Assembly: GCA_964057225.1 (NCBI GenBank) | Contig: OZ059896.1 | Span: forward strand, 9,734,001-9,798,000 | Direction of reading: 5' to 3' | Source of the DNA: Auanema rhodensis | Taxonomy: Eukaryota; Animalia; Nematoda | DNA length: 64,000 bases | In this document: piece after piece, positions 14,176 through 26,405 of the stretch | Layout of the letters: each line of letters starts with the position of its first letter | Numbering within the stretch: the first letter of the stretch is position 1 | Translations under genes and position numbers: made by a program | The notes under the pieces: model-generated | The model's input: only the letters and a program-made list of their open reading frames with translations | What the model was told of the DNA's origin: nothing | Database searches by the model: none

Positions 14176-15812
14176 ATATATGATTTACTCAATTTAAACG
14201 AAATACAACAGTATGCTATGTACTTTCTAGAAAATCCATATTATAAAGAATAATATTTCATATTTAAATACTAATTTAAAATTGTGTTTTTTCATTGAAT
14301 CTTCAGTTTTTCAAAAATTTACGGATGTGCTTGAAACTCGTTAAAGATCAGCAATGTTTGAGTAATGAGGTAAGAACGAGGATACATCGAAATGAGGCAT
14401 TAGAAAACGAATTTTCAACTAATTGAACATTCAAAAGGAAAAAATAAGTCAATATAATTCTCATGAAAGTACAATACGTACAAGTTGAAAAAAATGTTTT
14501 TTCCTGTTATTCAACTACAATGAAATTATATTTCAACTTACTTGCTTGTATATTTGTTCTTTTCATTGAAAATCATTTTAAGTTTCAAAGTTCATTAAGC
14601 TACTGCTATTCTGTTTTATTTCAATTTTTTTGTCAAATAGAGGCTTTTAAAATTATATTTATAATACAGGAGTTGCTACGAAAGCAATTACCTTATGCTA
14701 ATATAAGCTCATAAAAATGGAAACATTTAGAAAAATTGGCGAAAAAAAAAATATTTAAAGATATAATAAAAATAATTTACCAACAGCTTCTTCATATATT
14801 CTGTCCATTTCGGAGTAACATCTTCAGGGCATAATTCACAACTCATATTGATATATGTGGAATATTTAAAGCTAGATATCACTTTTTAAATTTGAAATAA
14901 ATATAAAAGTAACAGCAAATATTAAGAGAAAACTTGTTAGAATTTGAATTTTTGAGAATGTGACTATCTTGAAAAATGTAAAATTTTGCGAAAACTACTC
15001 ATTAGTATTGAAGAAGAACTTCAGTTACACTTTTACAATTCATTATCTGATTCTCTATGAGCATTAAAAAAATTTTCGTCAAAGGCGAACAATTTTATTA
15101 GTAATCAAAAGAATAATTAAATATCAAAAATGAGAATGTTGGAATAAGAAGAAGACGAAGACGACGAAGAAAACGAAGAAAAGATATATTTTTGATTAAA
15201 ATGAAGAAACGGTTCTTCATTTCATCCTAAATCTCAACTTCATTATTGTCATCATGTTAATGAAGTGAGTTGTACAAGTATTATGTATGTATGAATGTAC
15301 AGATGTGTATTGACGAAACCTCAATGTTCAATTTAACATAGATAGAAATAATTGTTTTATATTAAAATTATATATTGTTTTAATTAAAAGAGAAAGTTAA
15401 TTGAATATATAACTATATATGTATAATTATAATATTTATAACGGTTTGATTTTCACAAAATAAATTGATTTTCATATGATTTCAACACAATTTCATTTAT
15501 GACAAATGAATACTACTATAGTATAGTTAAATATATTATTTTAAAGAATAAATATTGTAATTTATACAATATTTTATTAAATATAGAAACTAATTATAGT
15601 TTAAATATATATTTACACAGCCTCAATACAATTCGTTTCTACAACAAAATGACGTTCACGTGAAAAAAAAATAATTATAGACAAGTGATTGAAGCACATA
15701 AAATAACAAGTAAAAGAGACGAATCCTTGTTTGTTTTTCAAAATATCTGTGTATATACTATATTTCTTACTAATTTAATATCAACTTTAATTTAAAAATT
15801 TAAATTACTTAC

Positions 15813-15867
15813 CATTGGATTCGAAAGAATAGTATTTTGTAGCTGTGACGGCACTGAAACTGAAATC
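15813..15867 (-). other. Candidate first exon (5' UTR plus ATG) of the 2833-3996 gene
   Basis: Minus strand tttacag|gatttcagtttcag...tccaATG|gtaagt. The phase-0 donor directly after ATG is in frame with the GAT CTC ATG exon at 3996. Confidence 0.45.
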
Positions 15868-16659
15868 CTGTAAAATAAACTTTTAGCAAGTAAGTAAGAA
15901 AATAAGAAAAATCAAATTATATGTAACATGAGCTGATGAATAGCCTTGAATTGATCAACATTGAGAAAGATATGCAAGCATGTTATATGAGCCAATATGA
16001 CTGTTATGTTCCCAATTTACCCTTCAATAGCAGACTAATTCTTTGACTTTCTCAATTCAAGAGTTCAGAAAACACTTTGTAATCTTCTGGGGGGAAAAAC
16101 TCTTTATGGCAACATGGAAGCTAAAACTAGGCACTTCTAACGATCATAGTTAAATATTGTTACTTCACTTATAGTATTGGCAATCCAAAAGTACAAAAAT
16201 TCAATGTGAAATCAATTTTTTGAACAGATCACACTCATTTAGAATACATAGTAACACATTACAGATGCTACAGTTACGTTTCCAATTATAAATTTTTTTC
16301 CAATTTAAAATAATAAATTTATTCTAATTATTATTTTGTATATATTGACTTATATAAGTACATATGGGAGAAATCCATTATAATTCTGAATAGATATTTT
16401 TCCCAGAAGCAGGTGTTTTAGCCCATTTTCTGATGAAATCTGCTGCTTTGAACATTGGTTTATCTCTACTCATTTCACAATGTTTCAGTCGGTCTTTTCC
16501 AGAATTCACAAGAGTGATTTAGCTAAGAATCAACTGACATAAGAAAACAGAATGATAGCAAAAGATTGTGAAGACAAGAGAGATAACAAGAGCAAAGAGA
16601 TAGATAGAGAGCGGGAGCATAAAAGAGAAACAGAGAAGAAGAAAGATAGAGAGAGGGAC

Positions 16660-16980
16660 AAGGTAGCTTGTCGTTCATTCAGCTTGCGTCGTCCTACTCC
16701 TTCTCTTCCAGTTCTTCTCTCACCGGCTCGCCTCCTTCGTTGTTTGCGATGCCCGGGGGTGTGGATAGTGTAAAGTCGTTCTCCACAGCTCCATCTCTTC
16801 TCTGACTCTTTTACCTCTCTGAATATCCGTGCTATTCGGATATATATTTATCTGACTGTTCTCTACTTCTTATATATTCCTCCCTCTAACCGGCTGATCT
16901 TTTCTTTCGAGTTTCTTCTTCGCCCTCGTATATCTAGAGTTCGGCTCCAAATCCTTTGGAGCTCATGGCAGAAAACCACG
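16660..16980. promoter_or_regulatory. GC-elevated, CT-rich island, likely promoter region between the divergent minus-strand gene and the LIM gene
   Basis: Local GC/CpG enrichment flanked by GA/CT tracts in otherwise very AT-rich DNA, ~0.8-1 kb from both candidate starts; inferred from composition only. Confidence 0.35.
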
Positions 16981-17763
16981 AGACGAATTCCATTCGTGAT
17001 AGACAGTTTGAATTTTTTTTTGTCTTTTTAGTCGAAATTCTGACTTTTTTCTTCTCTTTTTTAATCTCAGTTTAATTGTTTATTTCCAAATCTTCCTATT
17101 ATATGTGTAACAAGCAATTGAGAAGATCGTTCGCTTCTATACATTTGATACCTTTATCATTGCACTTGATCAAAATTCTGGAATCTTCATTTCCACTATT
17201 ATTCTCAAATTTCTATTCGTCAGAATAACTATGATTCAACAGGAAGCTGTTACAAAAAAAATATTTTTTATTATTTCAAATTGAAAACTTGAAGAACCAA
17301 AACAGTTTAATTATAGATTACATGCTAACATCATTGTATTATCATGTGCAAACTTTGAAATGAAACTTTGAAATCAGCATGATATCTCATATCAAGATGT
17401 TCTGCCAGCTAAATAACACATACACAGACGACGGTGTAGATGAAGCAACAGTTGTTTCGACTGGACATCGGTCGCGAAACATATGAAGAAGAGCCGATTA
17501 ACCACGCTGGCTATTTGTCCATTCTTTTCGTTCCTTTCATTTCTTAGTCAGAAGACTTTCTTTATCTAAGTTGAAAGCTCAAGCTCAATGACAGTCTCTT
17601 GAGAAAATTTTTATTTTCTCTTGAGTTCTGTCTAGCTACTACATATTTTAATCATTTCTCTGCCAATGTATAAGAATTTTTCTTAATCATCTCTCTAAAA
17701 TCTTTCAAATCGTCACTTTTTTTTTCGGAAATTTGATTTATTTTCCAGATAAGTAACTATAAA

Positions 17764-20700
17764 ATGGCTGAGGAGGAAGATCCATATGCCGTGTCTTCTG
17801 ATTCCGATGATGAAGACGTTCGCAAGCCTCCTCCAAAGATTCAAATAGAAGGAAGAGAAAATACTGATCTAAATAAATTGGTTTGTAAATCTATTCATAT
17901 TATGTGCTCTTTTATTATATACGAAAAACCAATTTTATGCGTTGAAGAAGAGAGCAGTACGAAAAATTATTGTAACATTTCTTCAATCATTATTGTGGAA
18001 AGACATCTGGCATCACCAAGTCATCCATAATGATTTTAATAGATAGCCAATCAACAAACTAATTTTTATAATAATAAGTTTATATGCACATAGTCTAAAA
18101 TATCAAAAAAAAATACAACAAAATGTTCTTTATCATATACATTTGTTATATTTTAGAAAGAGGGAATATCACATGTGAGTTTGAAAATAATAATGCACCC
18201 TATTTCACATTGATTTTTCAAAATCTTTTTCTTCTTTCTACCAAAAAACACTATACTATATACTATACCAGATTATATATAACGTTTATTCAAACAATTT
18301 CTATAACAATTTCCTTTTTCCCAATGCATTACCTTTAAATATTTTAACAAAGATCATTTTAGAAGTCTGCTCTTCTAAACGACAACAAAGATATTGTGTT
18401 AGATGAAGACAGAAAAAATGAGTTAGAACAGCTAAAGCAAGCTAAAGATACTAAAAAGATGAAACAGGTAAAGAGATTTGTTTTGTATTTTATCTTATTA
18501 ACTTAAACTAAAGGATTTTGAATCTGGAGTTGTTTTAAACAAAGATGAAGAGGAGTTAGATGCCTCAAAGGCTGCTTTGGAAGAGGAACGCCAAAAACTG
18601 ACAGAAATAGGAAAGGTCAGTCATCATAATATATCTTTATCCGTCTATTTTACTAATTAATTATAACTGTTTTTAAGGTCATGATATGTTTTCTGTTCTT
18701 ATTCATTTAATATTTTTAGGAAAAGTATTCAAAATTCAAGGACAAATTTGAGAATCTTGACTCAACTCTTGGTGATAACTTGGAGGAAAAGCTAAAGAAA
18801 ATGGAACGTGATATCTCTGGATTAGGAAAAGATACTTTAGCTAGTGCTAAAGAAAAGTAAGTATTTGTTATTTTGATCAACAAAATTTTTTCTGTTTAAG
18901 ATTCGAAAAAGGAGAAGGTGATGTTAGCTATGAAAAAACTCAAGTTGATATCGAACGCAGTGCAGATCTTCAAAAAATGAAGGCTGCTTTCTCAAGGGTA
19001 AGGAAATATTTTTTTTTGTTCTTCAATTCATAGGTAAAGCATCATTATTCGGTTGAGATATTTCACATTTTTATATCAAATTTAAGAGATTAAATCGAGA
19101 GTTATATAGATTTCTTAAAGAGTTTTTTTTAAATCGAATGTTGAAGAGAAGTTTATATACTCAATGAAATATCCGGCTAGAACAGACAACCGGATTTCAG
19201 TACTCAGTACAAACAGATTCTATAATTCACGGCTTTCGACTAAGACGAATAATGACATATATATATGAAAAACGATGATGGCAAATTGAATGAAATATTT
19301 TTTTAAAATTTATATTTTCAGGATATGACAGCAGAAGAAGCTCCAAAAGATTGCGCTATCTGCAGTAAGGTTGTATATCCAGTTGAAAGAGTATTTGTTA
19401 ATAAGCAACTTTACCATGTCAACTGCTTCAAATGTAACAAATGTGCCAAGAAATTGACGTAAAGGGAATTTGATGTTAAATGTATTTAATTTAACATTTT
19501 AGACCAACAAACTACAATATGCATAAAGGAACATTATTGTGCAAGGTGCATATGCTGGAAGTTGAACATCCTGAGTTAGCTAAGACACTTGATCCAGCTA
19601 ATACGGAAGGTTTGTTTGTGTATATGATTTTAAAAAAACGAAGAAAGCGTAGTTGTGTGCGGTATATACATGTGTATAGAAAGTAACATCATACTTATGT
19701 ACATAATAATTCTTGTAATTGTTTTCTAACTGATCTTCACCGACCACTCATACAATGAAAAACAGAATTTTAACGATGTCACGTTTCGATTCAATTGTTT
19801 GAGACGATTCTAATTACCTACAACTATAGATACACTAATTAATACTATTATCAGATTATACTGATATTACATTTAATACAAGATATCCAAGTTAATATAT
19901 GTTTTTAAAGTCATTGACCATTGAGAAATATCCTATATTATTACCCAAAATCTCCCATCTGTTGTAATCGTCTGTAAATCGCTACTGACCAACAGTGGTT
20001 GGTTGTCAGTCGATTGACATCTTTGAGAGTATTAGCAAACACTATTTTCTCATCGGGACCCTATCTTTTGTGATCACAAACCATCTTGACTCTTAACAAT
20101 TATAACAAACTTTTATGTTGTTAAGCATCTATTACTCTGACTAAGTTGTCTTGTATATAAGGTTATATGAATGGAAAACTAGTAGTTGTAATGGAAAACA
20201 CAAAAAAAAAGGGAATCGTATGATGAAAAATCCTTATAGTTATAAGAATACATATATATACAAAGATAATTCAATATTATTATTAGTATTAGTTATGATA
20301 TTGTTCTAGAAGACGAACATGGTGGTGACCAGGATGATGATGATGAGGAGTTCGCCGTATCCAGCAAGCCAAAACAACTTTCTGGTGTTATCAAATGTAA
20401 GTTCAAATATCTTTCTGTTTATTAAAGAAATCGCACAACTCACAGTATTATAATACTTTCCGAGGGTCAATTATATTCAAATTGGCACTATTTATTAGAC
20501 AAAATATCTTTTCATCATGTTTTCAATAAATCTCATTTCTATCTTTCCCTTACAAAATTTTCGAAAGAATTTATGCAATCTTCTCGATATTTTCGACTGT
20601 TTATGAGTTGTCTCGGATGTCATCCATATACATCAGACGTCCTAGTCGCCATCAGGCATTTTACCCTAGCAATAGACTAGGTTACGGTGCAGCTCACACT

Positions 20701-23700
20701 ACGACACTATCATCACTCGGCGATCTACCTTTTCTTCTTCTTCTTATTCTCACAATTCTTATTGCAAATGAGGTGAAGAAAGACAGTGTTTTCATATATG
20801 CATCGTTCAGAATGTTCTATCATCATCTTCTTATTCATTTTTCTTTTCGCCATCAAACCACGACCGTTCTCGTCCCGTATATGCTCATCTTCTGTTCTCT
20901 CCTCCAATGTGTTGATGCGATTGTTTACTGGACGCACAAGACCACCAGCCGGAGGCCTACAACTCTTATCGTTCTTCTTTTCTTCTCTCTCGATTTCAGT
21001 CTTACTAGAAGACCTTCCTCCAAACTAACATTACCCTCTTGCCCTTACGCCTTATATCTCTCTCCTTCAATTCTACTCACTGTTTCATTACTTTCTCTAT
21101 CCGTTTAGACCATCACTTCTCTATCTTCATCTTCTTTCTCTCAGGCTATTCTGACTATCCTCAGTCTTATTACCAAACAGTCTCATAATCTATACGAAAT
21201 AGTCAGCCCATAGTCTTTGACGGCTCCACCTCCTCTCCCATCACAAGATAGGAAAATTGAACAAAATCGACCTGATCATCACACTACCCCCTCAAATCTA
21301 TTCTTGCTAAAACAAGGTTCCAGCCTTCCTTACAACCGATTATGGTTTCAGCTGGAGCTTCAGCAGTTCATGACGAATTGGCCCAACTGAAAAGCCTCAA
21401 AGAAAAGCGTGGCGACTTTGAATCATCTGTTAAGGAAGCTGCCAACGTTGAGAAAAAGACCAAGGTTAGTTCACTTTTCTATTATTTGGATTTAACTTTG
21501 AAATTGCAGATTGAAGAAGAAGTTTTGCAATCCGGATGGGTCAAGTCCAACAAAGAAAAGTACGTTATCATTTTTTAATTTTGTATATATATTCTATTAT
21601 TCTAGGTTTGTCTCTGGAGCCGCTTTAGAACGCGAAGAGGACGAAGATGAGATTTCTGGTGAACGTGATCCAAATATAATTCGTGAAGATAAGAAGAAAA
21701 AGCGTGAAGAATTGCACTTTGATCAAGTAAGTTTATTAACATCCAACTTTCTTTCTTTTCTTTTTGTTTTTATTTTTAACTTAAAATTATTTATTCTATT
21801 CTTATTTAATGGAACTTATTTTTTATTCTTCTAGGTTGTTGACATCAAAAATAAATGGAAATCTGGAGCTGTTGAAACAGCTGAAGATAGAACTGATAAA
21901 ACTGAACTCGAACAACTTAAGGTACAATATTTTCGAAATTTTTCTAAAATGTTTTGAGAAATCTGTATATATCTTTCGCTGAGTGAATTTTATTTTCCAG
22001 GGAACTCTATCTTCTGTAAAGGACCGCTTCCAAGAGAAAACAGATGGTGATTCAGAAGTAGTTGAGCGTCAATGGGATCGAAGTGAATTGGATACGGGTG
22101 GTAAGCTTAAACTTATAAAAATGTTTTATGTCACAGTCGTTTTGAATATGAATATTCGAGCTTTCCTTTGTTATACTGCTTCTTATTTATGTCAATACAC
22201 CGCTAGCACGCATTTCTTCAAATTCACAAGAACACTTTCACTTTTTTTTGATTTTTTGGATTAAAAAATTCAGAAGATGCTGTTCGAGCATTTTTGACAT
22301 ATTTGAGGAAGCAGTACATCAAAGAGGTTAAAGGCAAAGTTCCTCGCAAGATTGCGGTTGAAAGCTGTTAGTATATTTTGCATCGGAGTTCTGAAAACAA
22401 TTTATATGATTTTCATTATTCCTTTCACGATCGATGTATATTACCTTTTATTTTTTTTTGCAGCTGCTGCTGAAGCTAGAAAATCATTCATGGAAGGAGC
22501 TGCCTATCAATCTGGAGCTGTTGAAAAAACTGTTACTGATCTTAGCGATCTTAAATTTACTCGTAAGTTAATAATATTAGTAGTAATATGCTATATATAC
22601 AAAGCATAGCAGAATAGTTTGGATATATTTTCTTATATTATCATAAAGTGATATGTTTTGAACACTGTTATAACAGCTGTCTCAATATATTTCTCTTTTC
22701 ACGATACTTCTTCTATTGTTATAGTTGACCTCTTTAATTTTTAATTAATCATAACATCATATTACAATTCTATAATCAATACTAGATATTTTTATTTCAG
22801 AACTCAAAGGCTTTAAAGAGAAGTTTGAAAAAGGAGAAGGAGAAGTTGAAGTTCAAAAGACAGCTGTGGAAGTTGCTGAAGTTCAGCTTGGTAACATCAA
22901 GGCTGCTTTTGAAAAGGTATTGAAAAAGAAATAAGAACAATGTTTTAATTTAAAACTTAAAATTTTATAAAAATATTTCGGCTATTCAAGATGATTCATT
23001 TTCCTTTTTTTTTCTTCTTTTCCGCCCCTTCGAGTTGTTTGAAATCCACCACCCACCAACAAACAGCTGCTGTGTTTAGAGATTTAACTTAGAAGTGGAA
23101 AGCACTAACCATTACAACTCTTATTCGCCCCTCTAGAAGATGAATAGAGCACAGAAAATTTTGTTTATGATATTTATCCTATTAACTCGTTATTCTTTCA
23201 GCCGGACGAAGAAATGTCTCCAGAAGAACGTGCTGCTCAGAAGAAAAAAGAAATTGAAGCCGAGTTCCTTCGTTATAAACTTGCTCGCCGAGCTGCAGCT
23301 GAAAGAGCGAAACAACAGGTATTTTATTATTCTGAAGAACTCATATAAAAACATAGTATGTGAATAAAAGGATATGATTAAGGAGGAAGATGGAACTGCG
23401 CCTGTAGTTGAACCCGGAGAGGGTGGGGCCGATGTTGGTTCTATTAAAGATCGCTTTGATCATGGAGAGGCTTTCAAAGGCCAAGATTATGCAGGTGCTT
23501 TTTTTTGTTGTTATTAGTGCTATCAACGATAGTTCAATATGTGTTTCATATTTTTAAAACCCTTTGATAATTGTATCATACATTTTAAAACAATACAGAT
23601 AAACAACTCGACGTTGAATTTAAAATGGCTGGTAAAGCTCGTGAAAAGTTCAAGCAAATCGATGCATCTGGGGCTACTCCAGTTATGCCTAATCAGAACA

Positions 23701-25830
23701 AGAAGGTATTTGATCTTAATTCTTTATTCAAGTAGTAAAGTGTTATAAATAGGTTGAACCCAGCAAATGGGATAAGAAAGATGATAAACCAGTCGCTGAA
23801 GTCATTAACCGTAAAGAACAAACCAATGATGAGCCTTCTGACGAGGATGAAGATGCTTTCGATGTTAAGAACTTGATGAACAAATTCAAGAATATTGGTG
23901 AAAACTCGAATACCTCTTCTACTAACAAGTTTGTTTTTTATGGAAATGTTTTTTTATAATGTAATTATTTAAAGTGAGCAAAGAGCTGAGTTGTCTGCCT
24001 TGAAAACGGAGGCTAGAAACTTGAAGCAACGCTTCGAACAACGAGGTGATGATGATACTGAGCTCATAGAAGAAAAGAAGAAACAAATGCAAGAAGAATT
24101 TGAACAACTTAAAAGTGCGTTTACTTTGAATAATTTTATTTATTATTTACATCTAGGAGAAAGAGAGGAAGCCCAGAAGAGGTTAGACGAAGAAAGAGCT
24201 CAAGAAGAAATTGGTCAGGCAGAAAAGGAAGAGTTGAACATTAAGGTTGCAAATGTCACAAAAGCCTTGGTATCAATTGGTGATTATAGGCTGATCATGC
24301 ATCGAAAATGGCCGCTAAGTGGGAAAAAATTCAAGCAAAGGAAGCCAAAAAAGCCGAAAAAGGCAAAATGCCTGAAAAGAAATCAACAGCAGTAAGTTCA
24401 AACTTTTGATTTGACAGAAGTGATAGAGTGTGCGTGTGTTTCTTTATCTTTCTTTCTTTCTGCTTCTACTTCTACTATATTTAAATTTCTATTTCGCACA
24501 TTTTCTCTTTGCACTACATTTTCTTATGAACCTGCTCACCGTTAAAGCATTAACTGATCGTAATTATAGATAGTTAGTATTTTGCTTTTCTTGCAGTGCA
24601 CGACTCTTGTTATTATTTCTATAGTAATAGCTTGTATCTTCCAATACTACTGGCACAAATATGCTTTCTTTTCAACACTACTGTTAAGAAAAATTGATTC
24701 AACTGCTTGATCTTACTAATCGATTTCTTTTTTTATAAGCTTTATAGCAATAACTAACAAACCTAAATCTTCTACGATTGCTGCTTTCTGATTTTCTTTT
24801 TCTAACCGATTCCTTCTCTTTTTGCTCATTGTAAGCCATAATATAGTTCTAGGAAAGTTTTTGTTTGCAGGACCAGTGATTCTTCTATCTACACTTCCTT
24901 TTCAACCAACCAGCATTGTTCAGCACCGAATCTCTTTGAAATTTTATGTTTTATTTCATTTTTTCTGCATTTTGCATCATCACAGTCTAATTTTTTGTCT
25001 CCATGGACGATGAATTTCCAATGTCTCTGATTTGCTATACCATAATCAGCTTGTGAAAGTTCTCAGAAATTACTATATCGAAGGGGTATGCTATCGGTGA
25101 CATGGAAAACGTTTTTCTTTTCTATAAAAAATGAATCTGTATGTAATTCTGCCATGCCCTTATCATTCTTCACAACACGTCGTATTTATTGTATAAGCAC
25201 AATATAAAATTGAAAAAAAAATAAAAAGTTATATTGCTGAATTGTTTCCATGAACAAACTCGAAGTTTTTGTGAGTTGTGTGGAAATTAATCATGCTTAA
25301 CTTAGAAATGATTTTTGAATGTGAAACTTAACTACTAACTTTGTCTCATTCGTTGTCTTCTTTGTGTTTACGTTCGTTTTGTCTTTAGTAGGACAACTTC
25401 ATATCAAAGTATACAGATACAACTTTTTTAAATTTTCATGTGAAAGAGATCTAACACTGTGTGATTGAGGTGATTGCGTGTTTTTAACAAGCATGGCTTT
25501 CCTTTCAGAAATTTGTAATGAGATCCCAGCCTAAATGTGAAATTTGTGCTACCACTGTATATATGGCTGAACAATTCCAATGTTTCGGAATCTTATACCA
25601 TATCAAATGTTTCAGATGCTCATTCTGTCGACAAGCACTCAGGTAATATTCAATATAACTTTTTTTCTTTTTTAATAGTGATTTTTAGGGTTGAGAAGGT
25701 TCATAGAACATCCGAAGGTCAATTGTTCTGCCCAGTTCATTTCAAACAACTTGCCAATCCAAATGCCCAAGAACCCGAGTTGGTCAAAGAGGAAGAAAAT
25801 AATAATAATATAAAAATTGAAAATTTCTAA
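17764..25830 (+). CDS. tag-273: Multi-exon LIM-domain protein with acidic, repeat-rich middle (tag-273/EPLIN-LIMD2-like), multiple isoforms
   Basis: MAEEEDPYAVSSDSDDED...; LIM1 CAICSKVVYPVERVFVNKQLYHVNCFKCNKCAKKLT/PTNYNMHKGTLLCKVH (19322-19560); LIM2 CEICATTVYMAEQFQCFGILYHIKCFRCSFCRQALR/VEKVHRTSEGQLFCPVH (25509-25830); more than 20 in-frame GT-AG exons between. The symbol comes from recalled architecture, not a search. Confidence 0.8.
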
Positions 25831-26405
25831 TTATTGTATGCATATTTATTAAGAATAAATGAATATTAATCATATGATGTGCAGAAGCTCAGCTTACCGT
25901 ATATGCCAAAGAATTCTCAACAGTGATTTACAAACAAAACATTACATTATCTTCATTAAATACAATACAGTGTACATATTTTTCACATATTTTATATTAT
26001 TGTGTCTGATAATTGACAGTGCTTACACTCTAAAAAATCTGTTAAAGCGAGATAGGATAAAACGGTTTAATGAGAGATATTTAAAGATTTTCACTTATTA
26101 TAATCTATTCTGATGAAAAATTGAATTTAACAATATTTTCGGTACGTTTTTACTTTCTCTCAGAACTATTAACTGATTTCTAACGGTACTCGCTTCCATG
26201 TTTTTCATAAATATACGGTAACCAAGCATACGTAGTGCAACAGGCGCGAAAGTATAACTATTTTCAACTTATTTACAAGGTTAAGCTTAAAAGTATTTCT
26301 TAAAGTATTTTAATTTAATTGTATCTTTATATTTCAGTATTTTAAAATTATATATATATATATGGATGGATAGATATGTATATGTGAAGTGAAATAAATT
26401 TAAGC

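Noticed and set aside
20608-21108. 166 aa hydrophobic ORF within the LIM gene intron
   Set aside because: TTG start, pyrimidine-skew composition that suppresses stops, no recognisable domain or splice link; better explained as a regulatory or 5' region.
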